The notes below the pieces were generated by a model. That model was not told where the DNA came from. It saw nothing but the letters and a program-made list of their open reading frames with translations, and searched no databases. From IMG/VR virus record IMGVR_UViG_3300047323_000675: DNA of 64,000 nt. One strand, 5' to 3'. Position 1 is the first letter of the stretch. Each line of letters begins with the position of its first letter. The position numbers and the translations under genes were made by a program. The stretch comes from a virus. Positions 20,779 to 26,385 of the stretch are shown piece after piece.

Positions 20779-21759
20779 TTAGAATTGTGATTGTTCTTGG
20801 ATATAGCTTTTAACTATTTCTTTATAAGGTTCTCTTGTTAATAAAGTTCCTCTAGAAAATGGCTTGTTTTGTATCTCTGACACTTCCTTAGCTAATATAA
20901 TAGCTAATTCATTTGAACTTTTAAACTTTATATAATTATTCCTATAAGATTCAATTATTTTTTTAACGATATCTAATCTTTCATGCATTTTCTCAGATTT
21001 ATATTCGTGAACAGAAGAATATTTTTTAGGAGATGGAGGAATATCATTATTCTCATGAATCCAATCATATCTTTTTCTTTGTTTTATAAACCAAATTGTG
21101 CTTTTATGAACATTAAATTCTTTTGAGAGTTCAGTTAATGTTTTATTTTCGGCATAAAAAATATATAAAGCTTGTTCTTTTGTTAGTTTTCTCTGAATAG
21201 TATTATTTTCTAAATGACCAAATTGGCCACTATTAGGCTTTCTTAAAATATTAATATTTTCTTTTAATCGCTTTTTACCAGCACATGATTTACTGCAAAA
21301 AGCCTCTTTACAAGTTCTTTTTAGTTTATTGTCTCTAGAAAATTCTTTAGTGCAGAAGCCACATACATAAGTATATTTAGGCTTGTAGTCATCATAAAGG
21401 CTCTGAAAATTTTTAGTGTTATATTTCTGTGAAACATAATCAAATGCATACTTTAAATCTTCTTTCCTCATTACTCTAACTTTATAGCCTAATGATTCAG
21501 CTAGAGCAGTTTTTTTGTTAACACTATCTTCTTTTTCATAGCCCTTAGGCTCAATAATTGTTATTCCATCAGCTAATAAAAAATCTGGACAATAAACTAA
21601 TTTATCTTTTTTAAGTTGACCAGGAAAACGAGTAAATTTAATACCATGATCTAAAGCATGGATTGCCCAACATAATTCATAGGTTGAACCACAATATAAA
21701 CCTTTGTAATGTCCTTGCTTACTTCTTCCTGACTTTACTCTATAACCTCCACCTGGCAT
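20779..21759 (-). CDS. Free-standing PD-(D/E)xK (TnsA-N-like) endonuclease with Zn-finger and HTH, homing-endonuclease-like
   Basis: STYE...YCPDF...IIEPKGY; CGFC..CSKSC; LTELSKEFNVHKSTIWFI HTH. Confidence 0.65.
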   Translation of the reverse strand: MPGGGYRVKSGRSKQGHYKGLYCGSTYELCWAIHALDHGIKFTRFPGQLKKDKLVYCPDFLLADGITIIEPKGYEKEDSVNKKTALAESLGYKVRVMRKEDLKYAFDYVSQKYNTKNFQSLYDDYKPKYTYVCGFCTKEFSRDNKLKRTCKEAFCSKSCAGKKRLKENINILRKPNSGQFGHLENNTIQRKLTKEQALYIFYAENKTLTELSKEFNVHKSTIWFIKQRKRYDWIHENNDIPPSPKKYSSVHEYKSEKMHERLDIVKKIIESYRNNYIKFKSSNELAIILAKEVSEIQNKPFSRGTLLTREPYKEIVKSYIQEQSQF

Positions 21760-21902
21760 ATTATTAGACTTTTAAAATGTCTAATAATATTATAAAAATA
21801 GTTGATTAAAGTCAATATTTTAAGATTAAAATAAGTGGTAAAAATTTACAGTATTTTAAAATTATATATTATGAAAAAATAGGTTTTTAAAAGGAGATTT
21901 AA

Positions 21903-22067
21903 ATGAAATTTGAAATATATAAAGATAAAAATGGAGAATGGCGTTGGAGAATTAAAGCAGCTAATGGAAAAATAATAGCTGATTCATCAGAGGGATATAA
22001 AAATAAACAAGATGCAATAAATATGATAAATGCTATTGTTGCAATTAAAGAATATAATGAAATATAA
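21903..22067 (+). CDS. YegP/DUF1508 family protein (not in ORF track)
   Basis: Hand translation MKFEIYKDKNGEWRWRIKAANGKIIADSSEGYKNKQDAINMINAIVAIKEYNEI; AAGGAG SD. Confidence 0.85.
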   Translation: MKFEIYKDKNGEWRWRIKAANGKIIADSSEGYKNKQDAINMINAIVAIKEYNEI

Positions 22068-22086
22068 TTTTTAAGCTCGAAAAAGA

Positions 22087-22110
22087 AAAGCCTACATTTC
22101 TGTAGGCTTT
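22087..22110. terminator. Intrinsic terminator between convergent genes
   Basis: AAAGCCTACA-TTTC-TGTAGGCTTT. Confidence 0.8.
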
Positions 22111-22118
22111 GTCATCGT

Positions 22119-22346
22119 TTAAACCATTTGTTCTGCTTTAGCAGTATTAATATTGTCAACATGTTTTTTTATCCATCTCATGAAAAGAATTGCTTTGTCA
22201 TCTGCTCCGAAAGAAGCATCCCCTGTGTCTGATATTGGAACTGGAAACTCAAATCCGCACTCAGTTTTGTACCATAATTCACTTTGTTGATAGCGAATAA
22301 ATTGAACTCTTTTCCCGTTGTTGACCATCTCTTTTATGCTGCTCAT
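22119..22346 (-). CDS. Small conserved-looking phage-type hypothetical protein
   Basis: 75 aa, AAGGAG SD; FEFPVPISDTGDASF..DDKAILFMRWIKK. Confidence 0.75.
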   Translation of the reverse strand: MSSIKEMVNNGKRVQFIRYQQSELWYKTECGFEFPVPISDTGDASFGADDKAILFMRWIKKHVDNINTAKAEQMV

Positions 22347-22420
22347 TATATTTCTCCTTTTATTTATAATAATGATTAATTGGTGGTAAATTAATTATAA
22401 GAAGCCACCACTTCTTATTC

Positions 22421-22495
22421 TGGCATCGCGTACGAGAATCGAACTCGTATCATTTGGTTGAAGGCCAAATATTCTCACCATTAAACTAACGCGAT
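22421..22495 (-). tRNA. tRNA-Glu(UUC), atypical C33
   Basis: Acceptor ATCGCGT/ACGCGAT, G73, CCA; anticodon arm TTTGG-CC TTC AA-CCAAA. Confidence 0.8.
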
Positions 22496-22507
22496 ATTAA
22501 ATCTATT

Positions 22508-22601
22508 AAGAGTTTGCGGAGTCGAACCGCTTCTCTGCCTGCAAGCAGCGCATGAAGCCGACTAGTGATTGCAGTCACCAATACGCACATGCTGAACTCT
22601 T
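22508..22601 (-). ncRNA. tRNA-like RNA with expanded D-loop and shrunken anticodon arm, no CCA
   Basis: AAGAGTT/AACTCTT acceptor, GCATG/CATGC D-stem enclosing an extra hairpin, CTGC-TTGCAG-GCAG, GCGG-TTCGACT-CCGC T-arm. Confidence 0.55.
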
Positions 22602-22606
22602 TAACT

Positions 22607-22682
22607 TGGTGTCTCTAGAGGGATTTGAACCCTACATCTCCGGTGGGATTACGCGGCGATTTAACCATTAATCTATAGAGAC
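22607..22682 (-). tRNA. tRNA with degenerate anticodon arm (undetermined/pseudo)
   Basis: GTCTCTA/TAGAGAC acceptor, intact D and T arms, CCA; anticodon arm CCGCG-TAATCCC-ACCGG has only 3 bp. Confidence 0.7.
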
Positions 22683-22688
22683 AAAACT

Positions 22689-22772
22689 TGGTGGATGAGG
22701 TTGGATTTGAACCAACGAACCCGAAGGAAATGATTTACAGTCATCGCGCTTTAGCCACTTGCATACTCATCC
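22689..22772 (-). tRNA. tRNA-Tyr(GUA)
   Basis: GGATGAG/CTCATCC, A73, CCA; GATGA-CT GTA AA-TCATT; variable arm. Confidence 0.95.
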
Positions 22773-22798
22773 ATTAAAACTATTTACTGATTAAATCT

Positions 22799-22876
22799 TG
22801 GTATCCAGTATGGGGGTTGAACCCATTTTCTCGGATTGAGAATCCGATTTCCTAACCTACCGTAGAAGAACTGGAT
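22799..22876 (-). tRNA. tRNA-Glu(CUC)
   Basis: ATCCAGT/ACTGGAT, CCA; TCGGA-TT CTC AA-TCCGA. Confidence 0.85.
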
Positions 22877-22900
22877 ATAGAACTATTTACTGCATAATTT

Positions 22901-22985
22901 TGGTGGATCAGGTAGGATTCGAACCTACTCATCCGAAGAAACGGGGTTACAGCCCATCACACCTCTCCAACTGTGTCGCTGATCC
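22901..22985 (-). tRNA. tRNA-Tyr(GUA)
   Basis: GGATCAG/CTGATCC, A73, CCA; ATGGG-CT GTA AC-CCCGT; variable arm. Confidence 0.9.
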
Positions 22986-23020
22986 AAATTTAAAAATTCT
23001 TTCAAAAAAATACTTAAATT

Positions 23021-23102
23021 TGGTGGATGAGGTAGGGATCGAACCTACTTGCCGAAGCCACGGAGTTACAGTCCGCTGCCCTACCATTAGAGCATCTCAT
23101 CC
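23021..23102 (-). tRNA. tRNA-Tyr(GUA)
   Basis: GGATGAG/CTCATCC, CCA; GCGGA-CT GTA AC-TCCGT; variable arm GC-TTCG-GC. Confidence 0.95.
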
Positions 23103-23107
23103 AAAAA

Positions 23108-23216
23108 TTAAGTGTATTTGCGTAGACGGAAAATCCGTTCTTCGGGATGGGTTAAGGCTCGTAGCCCCGATTCTGCAAATCCCCATTTACTAGCCAGGAG
23201 ATAAACTCACACTTAA
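23108..23216 (-). ncRNA. Unidentified structured RNA within the tRNA array
   Basis: GC-rich 109 nt closed by TTAAGTGT/ACACTTAA with several internal helices; preceded by the same leader motif as the tRNAs. Confidence 0.5.
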
Positions 23217-23235
23217 AAACTTTACTACTACAATT

Positions 23236-23310
23236 TGGTATCGTGTATGGGATTCGAACCCATGTCCAAGGAGTGAAAGTCCAAGTATCCTTCCAGTAGA
23301 TGAACACGAT
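23236..23310 (-). tRNA. tRNA-Glu(UUC), weak anticodon stem
   Basis: ATCGTGT/ACACGAT, CCA; TTGGA-CT TTC AC-TCCTT (two U-U mismatches). Confidence 0.75.
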
Positions 23311-23336
23311 ATAAAACTATTTTTATTACTTAAAAT

Positions 23337-23414
23337 TGGTGTCCCCAACGGGATTTGAACCCGTGTTTTCGGATTGAAAGTCCGACGATCTCGACCAAAC
23401 TAATCTATGAGGAC
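23337..23414 (-). tRNA. tRNA-Glu(UUC)
   Basis: GTCCTCA/TGGGGAC, CCA; TCGGA-CT TTC AA-TCCGA. Confidence 0.9.
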
Positions 23415-23440
23415 GATGAAACTTTTTACTACTTTTAAAC

Positions 23441-23525
23441 TGGTGGAGATGGATGGATTTGAACCACCGCGCCTTTTGGAAACTGATTTACAGTCAGTCG
23501 CATTCGACCCCTCTGCCACATCTCC
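23441..23525 (-). tRNA. tRNA-Tyr(GUA)
   Basis: GGAGATG/CATCTCC, CCA; ACTGA-CT GTA AA-TCAGT; variable arm. Confidence 0.95.
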
Positions 23526-23548
23526 ATTAAAACTTTTACTACTTAATT

Positions 23549-23625
23549 TGGCACACCCAACGAGGATTGAACTCGTATTTTCGGATTGAAAGTCCGATGT
23601 TCTCGACCAATTAAACTATGGGTGT
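23549..23625 (-). tRNA. tRNA-Glu(UUC)
   Basis: ACACCCA/TGGGTGT, G73, CCA; TCGGA-CT TTC AA-TCCGA. Confidence 0.9.
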
Positions 23626-23647
23626 AAAACTTTTTACTACATTATAT

Positions 23648-23723
23648 TGGAGCACCTAACGGGGATCGAACCCGTATTTTCAGATTGAAAGTCTGACTAT
23701 CTAACCAATTAATATATAGGTGC
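23648..23723 (-). tRNA. tRNA-Glu(UUC)
   Basis: GCACCTA/TAGGTGC, U73, CCA; TCAGA-CT TTC AA-TCTGA. Confidence 0.9.
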
Positions 23724-23729
23724 TTTGTT

Positions 23730-23805
23730 TGGTATGGGTAACGGGATTTGAACCCGTGTCTGCGGATTGAAAGTCCGCTGATCTATCCAACTAATCTATA
23801 CCCAT
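23730..23805 (-). tRNA. tRNA-Glu(UUC)
   Basis: ATGGGTA/TACCCAT, CCA; GCGGA-CT TTC AA-TCCGC. Confidence 0.9.
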
Positions 23806-23853
23806 GTAAATATTTACAAATTTAAAAACTCTTTATTTAAAAGTGTTTAAATT

Positions 23854-23937
23854 TGGCGTTCCGTGGGGGATTCGAACCCCAGTCTTTCGACATCACCTTG
23901 AAAGGGTGAGGACGGTTGCCGGCCGTCAACACGGAAC
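23854..23937 (-). tRNA. Non-canonical 8/4 tRNA with UUC anticodon and long variable arm (allo-tRNA-like)
   Basis: GTTCCGTG/CACGGAAC 8-bp acceptor, GGGG/CCCC 4-bp T-stem, 5-bp D-stem, TCACC-CT TTC AA-GGTGA, GTC-GAAA-GAC V-arm, G73, CCA. Confidence 0.85.
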
Positions 23938-23942
23938 ATATT

Positions 23943-24026
23943 TGGTGGATGAGGTTGGATTTGAACCAACGAACCCGAAGGAAATGATTTACAGTCATCG
24001 CGCTTTAGCCACTTGCATACTCATCC
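23943..24026 (-). tRNA. tRNA-Tyr(GUA), identical to 22689..22772
   Basis: 84/84 nt identical by direct comparison. Confidence 0.95.
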
Positions 24027-24053
24027 ATATTCACAACATTTACTACTTTAATT

Positions 24054-24139
24054 TGGTGGGGCAGGTAGGAATCGAACCTACAAGCCGTAAGGCGACCGCT
24101 TTACAGGCGGCTGATTTCACCACACTTACCATCTACCCC
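24054..24139 (-). tRNA. tRNA-Tyr(GUA), first gene of the array
   Basis: GGGGTAG/CTGCCCC, A73, CCA; GCCGC-CT GTA AA-GCGGT; variable arm. Confidence 0.9.
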
Positions 24140-24166
24140 AAATTTGCTACTTTTACTACGCTCAAT

Positions 24167-24207
24167 TTTTAAAGAACAATACTACTCATGTTGTCGTTTT
24201 GACAACA
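24167..24207 (-). promoter_or_regulatory. boxB-like hairpin plus boxA-like antitermination site
   Basis: TGTTGTC-AAAAC-GACAACA then TGTTCTTTAAAA (E. coli rrn boxA is TGCTCTTTAACA). Confidence 0.55.
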
Positions 24208-24210
24208 CTA

Positions 24211-24246
24211 CAAAAACAAAAAAGGCACCAATTTCTCGGTGCCTTT
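24211..24246 (-). terminator. Attenuator terminator (3:4 hairpin)
   Basis: AAAGGCACC-GAGAAATT-GGTGCCTTT followed by TTTGTTTTTG, between leader ORF and tRNA array. Confidence 0.85.
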
Positions 24247-24278
24247 GATTTACTTCTTACTTACTTGTCAGAGTGAAC

Positions 24279-24413
24279 TCAGTTAATATAAACTTGGGTT
24301 TCCTTGTTTACATTAACCTTTGCATCAACACTATCTGAACGAGCAAAAGTAAATGCGACACCGTTGGTGTTCATTTCCTCTCGTTCATAATAATAAGTGT
24401 TCATGCGGTTCAT
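24279..24413 (-). CDS. Leader peptide with Tyr/Glu codon run (not in ORF track)
   Basis: MNRMNTYYYEREEMNTNGVAFTFARSDSVDAKVNVNKETQVYIN; codons TAT TAT TAT GAA CGA GAG GAA; GAGAG SD 7 nt upstream. Confidence 0.8.
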   Translation of the reverse strand: MNRMNTYYYEREEMNTNGVAFTFARSDSVDAKVNVNKETQVYIN

Positions 24414-24460
24414 GTTATTTCTCTCAAATAAATAAGTTTGTCTAAATCTTCAATGTAATC

Positions 24461-24489
24461 ATTATGCCTCAGTTGCAATTCCGTGTCAA
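24461..24489 (-). promoter_or_regulatory. Near-consensus sigma70 promoter of the leader/tRNA operon
   Basis: TTGACA-17 nt-CATAAT, AT-rich UP-like region upstream. Confidence 0.85.
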
Positions 24490-24605
24490 TAGGTTTCTTC
24501 AAAATATTTTTATTGTTTCAAAAAAACAACACATGACACTTGTTGCTCAACTGCATTCAATGAAGTGAATTATATATTAAATTTCAATTAGGTGTCAAAC
24601 AATAT

Positions 24606-24854
24606 TTATAATTTACTATGTTTGGAATATACATGATGAGAAAAGCCAGCAAACATAAAAAATGAGATAACAGCCAAGCAAACACATATAAGAATTACTA
24701 CTGCTTGAAAAAAAGAATAATTCCATGTTTTCATCATTATTACTAAAACCATTAAAATTGATATAGCACAATATCCCATAACCATAAGCATAATTCCAAT
24801 TGGACATAAAGCGAATAATTTTAATTCATACCAAAAATTTTTTAGTTTATTCAT
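24606..24854 (-). CDS. Small membrane protein (2 TM)
   Basis: 82 aa, hydrophobic. Confidence 0.65.
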   Translation of the reverse strand: MNKLKNFWYELKLFALCPIGIMLMVMGYCAISILMVLVIMMKTWNYSFFQAVVILICVCLAVISFFMFAGFSHHVYSKHSKL

Positions 24855-24937
24855 AATATACCTATTCTATTGAGTTTAGATATTAGAGGTAAGTTCAAAA
24901 TAGTCAATAGTATGCTTAGTCTTAAAAATATGCCATA

Positions 24938-24966
24938 TTGTATTGATAAGAAGATAAGAGTATAAT
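24938..24966 (+). promoter_or_regulatory. Sigma70-like promoter of radical SAM gene
   Basis: TTGTAT-17-TATAAT. Confidence 0.5.
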
Positions 24967-24994
24967 TATTAGAATAATATATGAAGGAATCATT

Positions 24995-25879
24995 ATGAAA
25001 ATCAAAGAAATATTAACCTCAGCAGAAGATAAGTCTGTGAACTTTATCTATGACAATTGGATAGAGGCTAGATTTGTAAGAAGAGAAGCTGATTACTTCA
25101 TTATTTATCTTTCATCGCATGATGGTTGTAATAAGGCATGTCGTTTCTGCCATTTAACTCAAACAAAACAAACTTCTTTCAATCGGGTAACAATAGAAGA
25201 ATATCTAATGCAAGCTGAAGATGTCTTGAATTACTACGACTCAATTAAAAATAACCAAGGTGCTGCAAAAAGGGTTAACTTTAATTTTATGGCTAGAGGA
25301 GAAGCCCTAGCTAACCAAGTTATTTTGGAGAATGCTAAAGAATTATTTTCTAGTTTGGAAAATTTAGCATTAAAAAGAGGTTTAAGTGCAAGATTTAATA
25401 TTTCAACAATTATGCCAATGGAAATAGAATCAAAAGATTTGGCTGATATTTTCAAGGATGTTACTCAAGATTATGGGATTTATTATTCACTATATAGTGT
25501 CGATGATAAATTTAGGAAGCGCTGGCTACCGAAAGCTTTAAATTATGAAGTAGCACTAAAAAAATTAGAAGAATTACAGCTAAAAAGAGGAGCAGATATT
25601 GCCTTCCATTGGGCATTTATTGAAGGTGAAAATGATAGTAAAGAAGATTTAGATGAATTAAAGAATGTCTTGTCTAATTACAACATTAAGGCCAAGTATA
25701 ATTTAGTAAGATATAATCCCTATAGTTCCAATCAAGGGAAAGAACCAACAGAGGATGTTTTGCAGTATAATTTTAATGAATTAAATGAATTTTTTAAAAG
25801 TCCTGCATCTAGAATTGTTCCTCGTGTTGGATTTGATGTTAAAGCCTCATGTGGGATGTTTGTAATCAATAATAATTGA
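24995..25879 (+). CDS. RlmN/Cfr-like radical SAM protein
   Basis: GCNKACRFC cluster motif, FMARGEALAN (RlmN MGMGEPL.N), NLVRYNP, C-terminal DVKASCGMF (RlmN DIDAACGQL). Confidence 0.85.
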   Translation: MKIKEILTSAEDKSVNFIYDNWIEARFVRREADYFIIYLSSHDGCNKACRFCHLTQTKQTSFNRVTIEEYLMQAEDVLNYYDSIKNNQGAAKRVNFNFMARGEALANQVILENAKELFSSLENLALKRGLSARFNISTIMPMEIESKDLADIFKDVTQDYGIYYSLYSVDDKFRKRWLPKALNYEVALKKLEELQLKRGADIAFHWAFIEGENDSKEDLDELKNVLSNYNIKAKYNLVRYNPYSSNQGKEPTEDVLQYNFNELNEFFKSPASRIVPRVGFDVKASCGMFVINNN

Positions 25880-25882
25880 TTT

Positions 25883-26338
25883 TTATTTTCTTGGCTTAGG
25901 TCTACTTATTTGCTTATCAATGAAATTTTCACGCAAAGATAATATTGGTTTTATTCCATCATTCTCAGATAAGTTTTTTAATCTCTTTAATTCCGATTTT
26001 ATATATTCTTTTTCATTTGGATTCATGGCATCATAACTATCTTGCATAATTTTTTCATTATCGGGTATAATATTACGATTTTTGCCGTTACGAATTAAAA
26101 TTGTTGCTAATATAACAGGCCCTATTACTGTTGCAGCATATCCCATCATCCATATAGATAAATTTGATTGACTTAAATTAGGCGATTGAGAAGTAAGTGC
26201 AATACCTAATGAAGTCGCACCTAATGCTATAAAATTAATATTTTTAACAATTTTTCTAAATGATTTTTCGCTGACAACTTCTAATTCTGCTTCTTGAAAT
26301 GATTTTGTAGTAGAACTATTGATTAATTTTTTTGCCAT
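25883..26338 (-). CDS. Membrane protein (2 TM)
   Basis: 151 aa, AAGGA SD. Confidence 0.75.
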   Translation of the reverse strand: MAKKLINSSTTKSFQEAELEVVSEKSFRKIVKNINFIALGATSLGIALTSQSPNLSQSNLSIWMMGYAATVIGPVILATILIRNGKNRNIIPDNEKIMQDSYDAMNPNEKEYIKSELKRLKNLSENDGIKPILSLRENFIDKQISRPKPRK

Positions 26339-26385
26339 AATTTATCCTTTTATTTTATATTAAAAAAACTTTAATCAAATTATCA

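Noticed and set aside
22381-22420. TGGTGG...CCACCA inverted pair as an extra tRNA or terminator
   Set aside because: It is too short, with no T-arm or U-tract, so no feature can be supported.
22421-24160. CRISPR array suggested by recurring short motifs
   Set aside because: The repeats are tRNA T-arm/CCA ends and degenerate AT-rich spacers, not identical 23-47 bp repeats, and there are no cas genes.
22900-24172. Plus-strand ORFs 22900..23193, 23407..23589 and 23843..24172
   Set aside because: They are antisense shadows of GC-rich tRNA genes; the repeated VDxVGFEP peptides are just the reverse-complemented T-arm and acceptor.
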